Shown: piece after piece, positions 36,218 through 46,346 of the stretch | Layout: each line of letters begins with the position of its first letter | Position numbering within the stretch: the stretch's first letter is position 1 | Assembly (NCBI GenBank): GCA_963832325.1 | Contig: CAWHTR010000005.1 | Coordinates: forward strand, 58,160-122,159 | DNA length: 64,000 bases | Source of the DNA: an uncultured Verrucomicrobiae bacterium | GTDB taxonomy: Bacteria; Verrucomicrobiota; Verrucomicrobiia; Chthoniobacterales; JAATET01 | Reading direction: 5' to 3' | Notes under the pieces: model-generated | What the model saw: only the letters and a program-made list of their open reading frames with translations | Databases searched by the model: none | What the model was told of the DNA's origin: nothing | Translations under genes and position numbers: made by a program

Positions 36218-37156
36218 ATGACCCCCGTCGTCTCCGTCCGCGACCTCCGCCGCACCTTCGCCAATGTCGAAGCCGTTCGCGGCATCTCGTTCGATATCCT
36301 GCCCGGCCAGGTCGTCGGTTTCATCGGGGCCAACGGAGCCGGTAAGACCACCACCATGCGGATGATGGCCACCCTCGACCTCCCCACCGAAGGCACCATT
36401 ACAGTGGCCGGTTACGACGTCGTCAGCGACCCCCGCTCCGCCCGTCGTCGCATCGGCTGGATGCCCGACGCCTACGGCACCTACGACCACACCACCGTCT
36501 TCGAATACCTCGATTTTTTCGCCCGCTCCTACGGCTACGCCGGCGAAGACCGCGCCCGTCGCGTCGCCGACGTCATGTCCTTCGCCGACCTCCATCCCAT
36601 CGCCGACCGCATGATGAATAAACTCAGCAAGGGCATGGGCCAGCGCCTTTGCCTCGGTCGCACCCTCCTCCACGACCCCGAAGTCCTCATCCTCGACGAA
36701 CCCGCCGCCGGCCTCGACCCCAAGGCCCGCGTCGAATTCAAAAACCTCGTCCGCCTCCTCGCCGCTCAGAAAAAAACCATCTTCATCAGCTCCCACATCC
36801 TCTCCGAACTCGGCGAGATGTGCGACACCCTCCTCTTCATCGACGCGGGTCAGATCGTCCACCACGGCTCCTCCGACAGCCTCCTCCAGGACACCGCCAC
36901 CGTCGCCCTCATCGACATCCGCGTCCACGGCGACCCCAACACCATCGCCGATTGGGTCGCCGTCAACCCGGACGTCGCCCTCGTCGAGACCAAGCGCGAA
37001 GGTGCCCGCGTCGCCTTCGACCGCGGCGAACCCGAAGCCATCGCCGCCCAGCTCCGCAAGATGATCAACGACGGCGTCCCCGTCACCGACTTCCATCGCG
37101 AAAACAAGCGCCTCGAAGACGCCTTCGTCGACATGCTCAAAAAAGTTCAGCCATGA
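36218..37156 (+). CDS. ABC transporter ATP-binding protein (ABC-2/NosF/GldA-like)
   Basis: Internal ATG at 36218. Walker A GANGAGKTT, signature LSKGMGQR, Walker B LILDEPAAGLD. Confidence 0.92.
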   Translation: MTPVVSVRDLRRTFANVEAVRGISFDILPGQVVGFIGANGAGKTTTMRMMATLDLPTEGTITVAGYDVVSDPRSARRRIGWMPDAYGTYDHTTVFEYLDFFARSYGYAGEDRARRVADVMSFADLHPIADRMMNKLSKGMGQRLCLGRTLLHDPEVLILDEPAAGLDPKARVEFKNLVRLLAAQKKTIFISSHILSELGEMCDTLLFIDAGQIVHHGSSDSLLQDTATVALIDIRVHGDPNTIADWVAVNPDVALVETKREGARVAFDRGEPEAIAAQLRKMINDGVPVTDFHRENKRLEDAFVDMLKKVQP

Positions 37157-38592
37157 CCGCCGTTCCACCACCCCTTCCCGCCGGCACCGTCACGCCGACC
37201 CCGCCTTCGGACTTCTCCGACCGCCTCAGCCCCATCATCGTCAAGGAACTCCGCCAGGGCCTCCGCACGAAGGTTTTCGTCTCCCTCTTCATTGCCGTCC
37301 AGGTGCTGATGACCCTCCTCGTCGCGGTCAGCCTCGCCGCCGCATCCCAGGAACTCAACGCCTCCGCCAACAGCAGCGGCTTCTTCTGGTTCTTCATCGC
37401 CCTCCCCGTTGTCGTCATTCTCCCCTTTCGCGGCTTCGGCTCAGTCGGCACCGAGATCAAGGCCAATACCCTCGACCTCATCCTCCTCACCCGCCTCTCC
37501 GCCCGCCGGATCATCATCGGAAAATGGCTGGCGATCGTCGCGCAGACCACCCTCTTCGTGTTCGCGATTCTCCCCTACGCCGTCCTCCGCTACTTCCTCG
37601 GTGGAGTCAATCTCGTCGACGACCTCATCGTCCTTGCCTGGATGCTCTTCGTCTCGGCCGTTCTCACCGGCGTCACCGTCGGGATCTCCCCCTACCAGAA
37701 TCGCCTCACCCGCATCCTCTTCTGGATTGCGATCATCTTCCTCGCCCAAGGCGGCATCTCCCTTTCGTTCATGATCGGAATGGGCGGCGGCGGCGTGCTC
37801 GCCGGGGGCGGGGCCGCCACCGGTTGGTCGACTCCCCTCGCCATCGGATTCTTCGGCGTTCTCATTCTCCTCTTCATGCTCGAAGTCGGGGCCTCCAAAA
37901 TCGCCCCCGAAGCCGAGAACCACGCCATCGGCAAACGCCTCATCGGCGTCGTCTTCCTCCTGGCCGCCACCGTTTTCACCGCCCTCGACACCCCCGCAGC
38001 CCTGCCCATCACCATCGCTGCCTTCGTCCTCGGACTTCTCGGACTCGTCGGTGCCGTCTGCGAACCCGTCCGCCTCAACCCCGGCCTCTACCGCCCCTTC
38101 GCCCGCCGAGGCATCCCCGGTCGCCTCGCGGGACTCTTCCTCAGCCCCGGCTGGCCGCCGGCAACGCTCTTCGCTCTCGCGTACGTCGCGATCAGCGGCG
38201 GCCTCCTCGCCGTCAACGAAGCCTTCGACTCGAACCTCACCGTCGCCCTCTTCCTCGCCGCCACCGGCGCCCTGTTCTTCCCCGCCGCCCTCATCCGCCT
38301 CGTCGTCCCCCGCACCCCCCACGCCCTCATGATCTACGTCGGCATCCAGACCTTCTGCATCGTTTCCGCAATCGTCATCATGGTCCTCGATAATATCTTC
38401 GACACGACCTTCGCTCTTGCGAACTCGGTACTCCCGACCTCCGGCCTCCTCGTCGCCTTGTTCGGAAAACTGACCGCGTCGGATGCCACGACCTTCGTCG
38501 CCATCTACGCCGTCATCATTGCAGCCAGCATCGGCCTGCTCCTCCTCCGCTCCATCCCCGAATGGAAACGAATCGCCGCGCTGACCGCATGA
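37153..38592 (+). CDS. ABC-2-like permease with extended C-terminal TM bundle
   Basis: ATGA overlap with the ATPase gene. N-terminal ...SPIIVKELRQGLRTKVF is typical of ABC-2 permeases. 479 aa with about 12 hydrophobic helices. Confidence 0.7.
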   Translation: MTAVPPPLPAGTVTPTPPSDFSDRLSPIIVKELRQGLRTKVFVSLFIAVQVLMTLLVAVSLAAASQELNASANSSGFFWFFIALPVVVILPFRGFGSVGTEIKANTLDLILLTRLSARRIIIGKWLAIVAQTTLFVFAILPYAVLRYFLGGVNLVDDLIVLAWMLFVSAVLTGVTVGISPYQNRLTRILFWIAIIFLAQGGISLSFMIGMGGGGVLAGGGAATGWSTPLAIGFFGVLILLFMLEVGASKIAPEAENHAIGKRLIGVVFLLAATVFTALDTPAALPITIAAFVLGLLGLVGAVCEPVRLNPGLYRPFARRGIPGRLAGLFLSPGWPPATLFALAYVAISGGLLAVNEAFDSNLTVALFLAATGALFFPAALIRLVVPRTPHALMIYVGIQTFCIVSAIVIMVLDNIFDTTFALANSVLPTSGLLVALFGKLTASDATTFVAIYAVIIAASIGLLLLRSIPEWKRIAALTA

Positions 38593-38608
38593 CGACCCGC
38601 GCCTCCCG

Positions 38609-39454
38609 ATGACCGCCACCTCGCCCTGGCCCGACGCCGCGACCCGCCAGACTCACCACGCCGTCGGCCGCGCAGCTGCCGCCGTCTGGTCGCTCCCCTT
38701 CCGCGGACGTTCCTGGCGAGGTCCCAGCGGTAGCTTCGCGGGAGCGGGCCTCGGCAGTTCCATCGACTTCCAGGACCACCGCCAATACCTCCCGGGCGAC
38801 GACCCGCGCTACATCGACTGGCAGGCCTACGCCCGCACCGGCCACTACTCGATGAAACTCTACCGCGAAGAAGTCAGCCCGCGCGTCGACCTCGTCATCG
38901 ACACGTCCGCCTCGATGTTCGCCGAAGCGAGCAAGGCTCGCCGGACCCTCGAACTTCTCTATTTCTGCATCGAAAGCGCCCACCGCTCCGGCTCCACCGT
39001 CCACGCCCACACCCTCCAATCCACGTGGCCCGTCGAATCCATCCTGGCCCACCAACCCCCGCCCGGGACCCCCAATCCGGCCCGCCCCCTCGCCGCCATC
39101 CCTTTCCGAAACGGCTCGCTCCGCGTCTTCATCTCCGACCTCCTCTACCCCGGTAGCCCCGAGCCAGTCCTCCACCCCCTCGCCGCCAATCACGGCCGCG
39201 CCCTCATCCTCGCCCCCTTCACCGCATCCGAAAGCGACCCCGATTGGAGCGGCAACCTCGACCTCAAGGACAGCGAGACCGCAACCATCCGCAGTCAAAA
39301 CGTCTCACCCGACCTGCTCCAACGCTACCGCGAAGCCTACCTCCGCCACTTCGACCTCTGGCGCGATCAATCGACCCGCCACGCCATCACCCTGGCCCGC
39401 ATCCCCTGCGATGGTCCCCTGATGGAATCCCTCTCGACCCTGGAGCCCGCGTAA
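38609..39454 (+). CDS. DUF58-domain protein (MoxR partner, vWA-like fold)
   Basis: GSSIDFQDHRQYLPGDDPRYIDWQAYARTGHYSMKLYREE...DLVIDTSASM is the canonical DUF58 signature. Confidence 0.88.
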   Translation: MTATSPWPDAATRQTHHAVGRAAAAVWSLPFRGRSWRGPSGSFAGAGLGSSIDFQDHRQYLPGDDPRYIDWQAYARTGHYSMKLYREEVSPRVDLVIDTSASMFAEASKARRTLELLYFCIESAHRSGSTVHAHTLQSTWPVESILAHQPPPGTPNPARPLAAIPFRNGSLRVFISDLLYPGSPEPVLHPLAANHGRALILAPFTASESDPDWSGNLDLKDSETATIRSQNVSPDLLQRYREAYLRHFDLWRDQSTRHAITLARIPCDGPLMESLSTLEPA

Positions 39455-39475
39455 TCGCCCCGCCGACCCGTCCCG

Positions 39476-41116
39476 ATGCTTCCCTCCCTCGCCAACCTCC
39501 CCGGACTCTGGGCCCTCCTCGGGATCCCCGCGATCCTCGCAATCCATTTCCTGCAAAGGCGCTCCCGCCTCGTCACGACCACCACCCGCTTCCTCCTCGA
39601 CAACCTCGCCCCGGTCAGCGCCACCGGTCGTCGCTTCGAACGCCTCCGCAACTCCCGCAACCTCTGGCTCCAGCTCCTCACCGTCCTCCTCGTCACCTGG
39701 TTCCTGGTTCAACCCCGCTGGCTCCGACCCGACACCCGTCAAACGATCGTCCTCGTCCTCGACAGCTCCCTCTCCCTCGACGCCTTCCTCCCCGACCTCG
39801 ACGCCGCGCTCGCCACGGCATTGCCTCCGCTCGCCAACGCCGCCGCGCAAACCGACTGGATCGCCCTCGAATCCGATCTCGCCCGCCCCCGTCTGTATTC
39901 CGGCCTGTCCCTGAGCGATCTCCGCGCCGCCCTCGCCGATTGGCAACCGCGCCTCGGCACCCACGACGTCACCCCCGCCCTCCGCCTCGCCGGCACGCTC
40001 ACCCGCGACCAAGGCACCATCGTTCTCGTCTCCGACCGACCCACCCCCGTTCCCGCCGGCGTCGAGCAGCTCACCATCGGCCAACCCATCCCCAACGTCG
40101 GCTGGATCGGCCTCCGCACCGACCAGGAAAACTGGACCGCCCTCGTCCGCAATCACGGTCCGTCTCCGGTCGAAACCTCCTGGCAGATCAACGAAGACAC
40201 CCCTACCTCACTCAAACTCGACCCCGGCCAAACCCGCGCCCTCACCGGCCCGTTCCCGACCGGAGCCGATCGCGTTACTCTCCACCTTCCAGCCGATCCC
40301 TTCACGATCGACGACCGCCTCCCGATCGTCCGACCCCTCCCGAAGGAACTCACCGTCACCTCCTCCCCCGACGCGAAGCTCACCGATTTCTTCGCCCGCC
40401 TCACCACCAGCCTCCGCAACGCCCGGCCCACCAACACCGCACCCGACCTCACCCTCGCCGAATACGATCCCCTCTCCCCCACCGACATCCCGCCGCGCTC
40501 GATCACCTTCCTCACCGACCCCTCGCCGGTCCAATCCTACGTCCAGGGCACCATCGTCGCCGAAAGCGACCCGCTCGTCGCCGACCTCAACTGGCAGGGC
40601 CTCCTCGTCCGCGACACTTTCACCGTCCCCGCCAAAGAAAACGACCAACCTCTCCTCTGGCAGGGCGGCCGCCCGCTCATTTTTATCCGCGGCACCGGCC
40701 CCGACCGCACCCTCGTCCTCAACTTCGACCTCCGCCAAAGCAACGCCGATCGCCTCCCCGCCCTCATCATTCTCCTCAGCCGATTCGCCGACTCCGTGCG
40801 CGCCGAAAAAATCACCTTCACCCGCGAGAATTTCGAACTCAACCAACCCCTCGACCCCACCATCCCAACCAATCGCGCCCCCGACCGCCCAACCTTCTTC
40901 GAACGCGGTGAACCCACCCCCCTCCTGGCCGGTGCCACCCATTTCGCCGACCCCCGTGAAGCTGATTTCTCCGCTGCAGTAACCACCAACACCCTCGAAA
41001 ACGTCATCACAAAACTAGCCGAGCGAAACACCGAACAAGACTTCCTCACCCCCCTCTGGCTCCTCCTCTTCACCGCCGCAACCATCACAACCTGGATCCC
41101 CGCCAAACGAAAATAA
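39476..41116 (+). CDS. BatA-N (N-terminal double-TM) domain protein
   Basis: The N-terminal LANLPGLWALLGIPAILAIHFLQRR...NLWLQLLTVLLVTWFLVQPRW matches the aerotolerance BatA N-terminal double-transmembrane domain. C-terminal TM anchor. Confidence 0.75.
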   Translation: MLPSLANLPGLWALLGIPAILAIHFLQRRSRLVTTTTRFLLDNLAPVSATGRRFERLRNSRNLWLQLLTVLLVTWFLVQPRWLRPDTRQTIVLVLDSSLSLDAFLPDLDAALATALPPLANAAAQTDWIALESDLARPRLYSGLSLSDLRAALADWQPRLGTHDVTPALRLAGTLTRDQGTIVLVSDRPTPVPAGVEQLTIGQPIPNVGWIGLRTDQENWTALVRNHGPSPVETSWQINEDTPTSLKLDPGQTRALTGPFPTGADRVTLHLPADPFTIDDRLPIVRPLPKELTVTSSPDAKLTDFFARLTTSLRNARPTNTAPDLTLAEYDPLSPTDIPPRSITFLTDPSPVQSYVQGTIVAESDPLVADLNWQGLLVRDTFTVPAKENDQPLLWQGGRPLIFIRGTGPDRTLVLNFDLRQSNADRLPALIILLSRFADSVRAEKITFTRENFELNQPLDPTIPTNRAPDRPTFFERGEPTPLLAGATHFADPREADFSAAVTTNTLENVITKLAERNTEQDFLTPLWLLLFTAATITTWIPAKRK

Positions 41117-41173
41117 CACCGGGCACCGCATCCGTCCCGGGTGCAAGCTGCGGCGTCCCGCCGCAGACCCCGG
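41117..41173. repeat. Intercistronic TCC-loop hairpin element (copy 4, partial)
   Basis: Perfect 8-bp stem CTGCGGCG-TCC-CGCCGCAG (41148-41166), preceded by GGGCACCGCATCCGTCCCGGGTGCAA, which resembles ..CCGGGCATCCTGCCCGGTGCAA.. at 27.7 kb. Starts 1 nt after the stop at 41116. Confidence 0.55.
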
Positions 41174-41241
41174 TAAATCGCGCAAAAGCGAGAGACCCGA
41201 ATCGAATTCCACCAGTCACCAACCACCAATCACCACCCACG

Positions 41242-43740
41242 ATGCTCCACCTAGCCGCCCCCGAGTGGCTCATCCTCATCCCCCTCTTCGTCATCGCCGG
41301 ATTTGCCTTCCGTCGCCTCGATCTCCAGCGTCCCCTCCGCGCCACCCTCCTCATTCTTCTCGTTCTCCTCCTCGTCCGCCCCGAGATCCGCCGCCTCAGC
41401 GACGGCCTCGACCTCTTCGTCCTCGTCGACCGTTCCGCCTCAGCCGCCGACGCCATTGCCCGCCAACTTCCCGAGTGGGAATCCCTGCTCGAGCGCTCCC
41501 GCGGGCCGGATGACCGCCTCCATTTCATCGACTTCGCCGAATCTCCCATCGAACGGGACATCGGCACCAACCTCGCCGTCGGTAGCACCGACGCCACCGA
41601 CCTCCCACTCGCCCTCCGCTACGCCCTCGCCCGCCAATCTCCCGCCCGCGCCGCCCGCATCCTCACTCTCACCGACGGCTTCAGCACCGAACCCCTCGAC
41701 GACATCGGCGAGACTCTTGCCCTCCAACAAGTCCCGCTCGACACCCGCTGGCTGACGTCAACCGCCGACGCCGACGTCGGCGTCGCCACCTTCACCACCC
41801 CCGCCCGCACCCAGCCGGGCGAACCCTTCCTCATCGACCTCAGCGTCACCGGTCGCCCCGACGGCGCCGTCCCCTTCGACCTCCTCCGCGATGGGGAGAT
41901 TATCCAATCCTCCACCGTCACCCTCACCTCCGGTCGGGCAGAAACCCGCTTCACCGACCGCCTCGCCCAGCCCGGCGCCCACCGCTATTCCGTCCGACTC
42001 AAGGCTCCCGACGACACCATCTCCGGCAACAACGTCGCCGAGAGTTGGACCGAAATCACCGGCGGCTCGCGCATCCTCCTCGTCACAAACTACGCCGACG
42101 ACCCCGTTGCAACCGCCCTCGCCGCTCAGGGATTTCAGACCGAAATCGTCACCGACCCCCGCCGTCTCGACGTCGGACGGCTCAGCGGAGCACGCGCCAT
42201 CATCCTCAACAACGTCCCTGCCTCCGACCTTCCGCCTGACTTCCTCGCCGCCCTCGACTTCTACGTCCGCACGCAAGCCGGGGGACTCCTCATGGTCGGC
42301 GGACGCGCCAGCTTCGGCTCCGGCGGCTATTTCAATTCCCCCGTCGACTCACTCCTCCCGGTCTCGATGGAACTCCGCCTCGAGCACCGCAAACTCGCCG
42401 TGGCGCTCGCCATCGTCATGGACCGCTCCGGCAGCATGGGCGCCGGCGTGTCGACCGGCGCGACGAAGATGGACCTCGCCAACGAAGGAGCCGCCCGCGC
42501 CATCGAACTCCTCGGCCCAGCCGACGCCGTCACCGTCCTACCCGTCGACAGCGAAGCCCACGTCGTCGTCCCCCTCACCGGCCTCGCCGAGAATCGCCCC
42601 GCCCTCATCGACACCGTCCGCCGCATCCAATCCGGCGGGGGCGGCATCTACATCTACAACGGCCTCGCCGCCGCTTGGGAACAACTCCAAAAAGCCGAGG
42701 CCGGTCAGCGCCACGTCATCCTCTTTGCCGACGCCGCCGACTCCGAAGAACCCGGCGACTACGTCAATCTCCTCGCCGAAATGAAGGCCGGCGCGACGAC
42801 CGTCAGCGTCATCGGCCTCGGCAGCGACACCGACACCGACGCCGCCCTCCTCCAGGACATCGCCGCCCGCGCCGGCGGCCGCATCTTCTTCAACGCGGAC
42901 CCGTCGACCCTCCCCGCCCTCTTCGAGCAGGAAACCGTCGCCGTCGCCCGCTCCGCCTTCATCGACGAACCCACCGCCGTCAGCCCAACCGCCGGCTGGC
43001 TGGAACTCGCCGCCCGCCAGCTCGACTGGCCCGCCGCCGTCGACGGTTACAATCTCAGCTACCTCCGCCCCGACGCCACCGCCGCCGCCTTCACCACCGA
43101 CGAATACAAAGCTCCGCTCGTCGCCTTCTGGCAACGCGGAGCCGGCCGCGCCGCCGCCGTCAGCTTCCCACTCGGCGGACCCGACTCGACCCGCGTCCGC
43201 GCCTGGCCAAGGTACGGCGACTTCCTGCAAACACTCGCCCGCTGGCTCGTCGGCGAAGCCCTCCCTCCCGGCCTCGGCCTTCAGACCAACGTCAACGGCA
43301 CCCGTCTCGAAGTCGACCTCCGCTTCGACGACACCTGGCAGGACCGCTTCGCCGAGACCGCCCCGGAGATCGTCGCCATCGACGGCAACGCCCAGGATCC
43401 CCGCACAGTCACTTGGGAACGCCTCGCGCCCGGCCACTACCAGGCCCGCCTCCCCCTCACTCCCGGTCAATGGACCCGCGGCGCCATCCGCGCCGGCGAG
43501 CACACCCTCCCCTTCGGCCCCGTCGCCGTCGGCCTCAATCCGGAATGGATTTTCGACCCCGCCCGCCGCGCCGAACTCACCACCGCCAGCCGCATCAGCG
43601 GCGGCACCGAGCGCGTAGATCTCTCCAAAATCTGGGAAGCCCCCCGCCGCCAGGCCTCCCGCGACATCCAGACCTGGCTCCTCGCCGCCTTCCTCCTGAC
43701 CTTCCTCGCCGAAGCCCTCCAAACCCGCCTCCGAGCCTGA
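41242..43740 (+). CDS. Membrane-anchored double vWA-domain protein with C-terminal GATase1-like/DUF1355-like region
   Basis: 832 aa. BatA-like N-terminus (APEWLILIPLFVIAGFAFRR). vWA MIDAS sites DRSASA and DRSGSM. QSGGGGIY and HVILFADAADSEE. C-terminal TM. Confidence 0.85.
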   Translation: MLHLAAPEWLILIPLFVIAGFAFRRLDLQRPLRATLLILLVLLLVRPEIRRLSDGLDLFVLVDRSASAADAIARQLPEWESLLERSRGPDDRLHFIDFAESPIERDIGTNLAVGSTDATDLPLALRYALARQSPARAARILTLTDGFSTEPLDDIGETLALQQVPLDTRWLTSTADADVGVATFTTPARTQPGEPFLIDLSVTGRPDGAVPFDLLRDGEIIQSSTVTLTSGRAETRFTDRLAQPGAHRYSVRLKAPDDTISGNNVAESWTEITGGSRILLVTNYADDPVATALAAQGFQTEIVTDPRRLDVGRLSGARAIILNNVPASDLPPDFLAALDFYVRTQAGGLLMVGGRASFGSGGYFNSPVDSLLPVSMELRLEHRKLAVALAIVMDRSGSMGAGVSTGATKMDLANEGAARAIELLGPADAVTVLPVDSEAHVVVPLTGLAENRPALIDTVRRIQSGGGGIYIYNGLAAAWEQLQKAEAGQRHVILFADAADSEEPGDYVNLLAEMKAGATTVSVIGLGSDTDTDAALLQDIAARAGGRIFFNADPSTLPALFEQETVAVARSAFIDEPTAVSPTAGWLELAARQLDWPAAVDGYNLSYLRPDATAAAFTTDEYKAPLVAFWQRGAGRAAAVSFPLGGPDSTRVRAWPRYGDFLQTLARWLVGEALPPGLGLQTNVNGTRLEVDLRFDDTWQDRFAETAPEIVAIDGNAQDPRTVTWERLAPGHYQARLPLTPGQWTRGAIRAGEHTLPFGPVAVGLNPEWIFDPARRAELTTASRISGGTERVDLSKIWEAPRRQASRDIQTWLLAAFLLTFLAEALQTRLRA

Positions 43741-43864
43741 CGATTCAACCCACAAAAATGGCGGAAAGGTGATCACGAATGCCCCCCCGCGCTCCCGAGC
43801 CGCCCCCCGGAAGAATCCGCGCACTCATCCCCTTTTTGAGCTTCTTGCGTCCCCTCGCGGGCAA

Positions 43865-46345
43865 TCACCCCACGAACAAATCCATCTGATTCGCGTTCGC
43901 GATCGCCGCCATGTCCCGCCGCTTCTTCCCCCCGGCGGCAATCGCCGGCTTCCCCTCGGCGTTCAATTCGCTCGCCTCCAAATTCGCAAGAATCTGCTTC
44001 GCTCGCTCAATCACGCTCCCCGGCAAACCCGCCAGTCGCCCCACCTGAATCCCGTAACTCTGATCGGCCCGTCCCGGCACGATCTTCCGCAGGAAGATCA
44101 CCTCATCGTTCCACTCCCGCACCGCCACGTTCAAATTCTTCACCCCGTCGCGCGTCCGTTCCAGGTCGGTCAGCTCGTGATAATGCGTCGCAAACAACGT
44201 CCGACACCCAATCTCATCGTGCAAATGCTCCGCCACGCTCCACGCGATCGACAGCCCGTCGAACGTCGATGTGCCCCGACCGATCTCGTCCAGGATCACC
44301 AGACTGTCCCGCGTCGCGTTGTTGATGATGTTCGCCGTCTCGTTCATTTCGACCATGAACGTCGACTGCCCCCGCGACAGATCGTCGTTCGCTCCGACCC
44401 GCGTAAAAATCCGATCCGTTACCCCGATCCGCGCACTCGTCGCCGGAACGAAACTCCCCACCTGCGCCATCAACACGAGCAACGCGACCTGCCGAATGTA
44501 CGTCGACTTCCCCGCCATGTTCGGTCCGGTCAAAATGGCGAACCTCCCCTCGGCCAGATTGAGCTCCGTGTCGTTCGGCACGAAGCGCTCCTCTCCCGTC
44601 CGCTGATCCAACACCGGGTGCCGCCCCTGCTCGATCTCGAGCGCCCCGTCGGCCACCACCTCCGGTCGGCAATACCCAAACACCCTCGCCGTCTCCGCCA
44701 GCGAGGCCAACGCGTCGACCGCCCCCAACGCCGCCGCCGTCTCCTGCAACTTGCCGAGCGCGTCGTTCACCATCCGCCGCAAGCGTTGGAAAATCTCGAT
44801 CTCCAGCGCCTTCGCCCGATCCTCCGCGCCGAGGATCTTGCCCTCGATCTCCTTCAGCTCCGGCGTGATGAAACGCTCCGAATTCGTCGTCGTCTGCTTG
44901 CGATGGTAATCCTCCGGGACGTTGCCCAGGTTCGCCTTCGTGATCTCGATAAAATACCCGAACACCGAATTGAACCGCACCTTCAGCGACTTAATCCCCG
45001 TCCGTTCGATCTCCCGTTCCTGCAATTTCGATAGCCACGCCTTCCCCTCCCGCCCCGCGCCCCGCAACTCGTCCAACGTCGCGTCGAAACCCTCCCGGAT
45101 CATCCCGCCGTCCCGCAACAGCGCCGGCGGCTCGTCCGCCACCCCGGCCCGCAACTCGATCGTCAGCTCCGGCAGATCGTGCAATCCCGCCACCAGCCGC
45201 CCCACCAACTCCCCACCCAGCGCCGCCACCCGCTCCCGCACCCGCGGCACCTTCTCCAACGAATCTGCCACCGCCGCCAGATCCCGCGCGTTCCCCGCCG
45301 TCCCGCTCAACCGCGCCGCCGATCGCTCCAAATCCCGAATCCCCCCCAGCACGTCCCGCAATTCCGCCAACGCAATCCCATCCTCCAGACAAGTCCCGAT
45401 CACCCCCTGCCGCTCCCGGATCGGCCCAATCTCCCGCAGCGGGTGCAAAATCCACTCCCGCAACGTCCGCGCCCCCATTGGCGTGACCGTCGCATCCAAC
45501 GCCCCGAGCAACGTCATCCCCCGTCCACCCCGCGAACTCACCAACTCCAAGTGAGACTGGGTCGCCGCGTCCAGGATCAGAAACTCGCTCGTCCGGTAAG
45601 GCCGCAACCCCCGCAGATGGGCGACGTTCCGCCGCATCTGCCGCGTGAGGTAATGCAACACCGCCCCCGCCGATCCGACCGCCGCCCGCATTCCCGAGCA
45701 GCCAAATCCATCCAGCGACTGCACCTTGAAGTGCTCGAGCAACGCCGACTCCGCCGGATCGGTTTCGAAGGTGTAACCCTCCACCGAGTTCGCCTTCCCC
45801 GCCGCGGCCAGCGTCGCCACCTGCTCCTCCGGCACCAGCAGTTCCGCCGGACTCATTCGCGCCAACTCATCCAGCAACTGCGCCATCGACGCCACCTCCG
45901 TCAGCCGAAACTCCCCCGTGCTCAGATCCACGAACGCCAACCCGTAACACCCCTTCCGCTCGCAAATCGCCGCCAGGTAATTCTGCTTCCGCTCGTCCAA
46001 CCCGAAGTCATCCAGCGTCCCCGCGCTCAGGATCTGCGCCAACTCCCGCCGCACCAACTTCCCCGCCTGCACCTCCCCAACCTGATCGCAAATCGCCACC
46101 CGCTTCCCCGCCGCGATCAGCTTCTCGATGTATCCCTTCGCCGCGTGATACGGCACTCCACACATCGGCGTCGTCCCCCGCTTCGTCAGCGCAACGTTCA
46201 ACAGAGCCGCCGCCTCCTTCGCGTCGTCCCCAAACATTTCGTAAAAATCCCCCAGCCGAAAGAGCAGTAACGTCCCCGAAGGCAGATCCCGCCGCACGGC
46301 CAGATACTGCCGCATCATCGGGGTAATTTTATCGTCGGGCATCAA
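43865..46345 (-). CDS. mutS: DNA mismatch repair protein MutS
   Basis: 826 aa. N-terminal TPMMRQY...FYEMF mismatch-binding motif. Walker A GPNMAGKST. DELGRGTST-type motif (DEIGRGTSTFDG). Confidence 0.97.
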   Translation of the reverse strand: MMPDDKITPMMRQYLAVRRDLPSGTLLLFRLGDFYEMFGDDAKEAAALLNVALTKRGTTPMCGVPYHAAKGYIEKLIAAGKRVAICDQVGEVQAGKLVRRELAQILSAGTLDDFGLDERKQNYLAAICERKGCYGLAFVDLSTGEFRLTEVASMAQLLDELARMSPAELLVPEEQVATLAAAGKANSVEGYTFETDPAESALLEHFKVQSLDGFGCSGMRAAVGSAGAVLHYLTRQMRRNVAHLRGLRPYRTSEFLILDAATQSHLELVSSRGGRGMTLLGALDATVTPMGARTLREWILHPLREIGPIRERQGVIGTCLEDGIALAELRDVLGGIRDLERSAARLSGTAGNARDLAAVADSLEKVPRVRERVAALGGELVGRLVAGLHDLPELTIELRAGVADEPPALLRDGGMIREGFDATLDELRGAGREGKAWLSKLQEREIERTGIKSLKVRFNSVFGYFIEITKANLGNVPEDYHRKQTTTNSERFITPELKEIEGKILGAEDRAKALEIEIFQRLRRMVNDALGKLQETAAALGAVDALASLAETARVFGYCRPEVVADGALEIEQGRHPVLDQRTGEERFVPNDTELNLAEGRFAILTGPNMAGKSTYIRQVALLVLMAQVGSFVPATSARIGVTDRIFTRVGANDDLSRGQSTFMVEMNETANIINNATRDSLVILDEIGRGTSTFDGLSIAWSVAEHLHDEIGCRTLFATHYHELTDLERTRDGVKNLNVAVREWNDEVIFLRKIVPGRADQSYGIQVGRLAGLPGSVIERAKQILANLEASELNAEGKPAIAAGGKKRRDMAAIANANQMDLFVG

Positions 46346-46346
46346 T

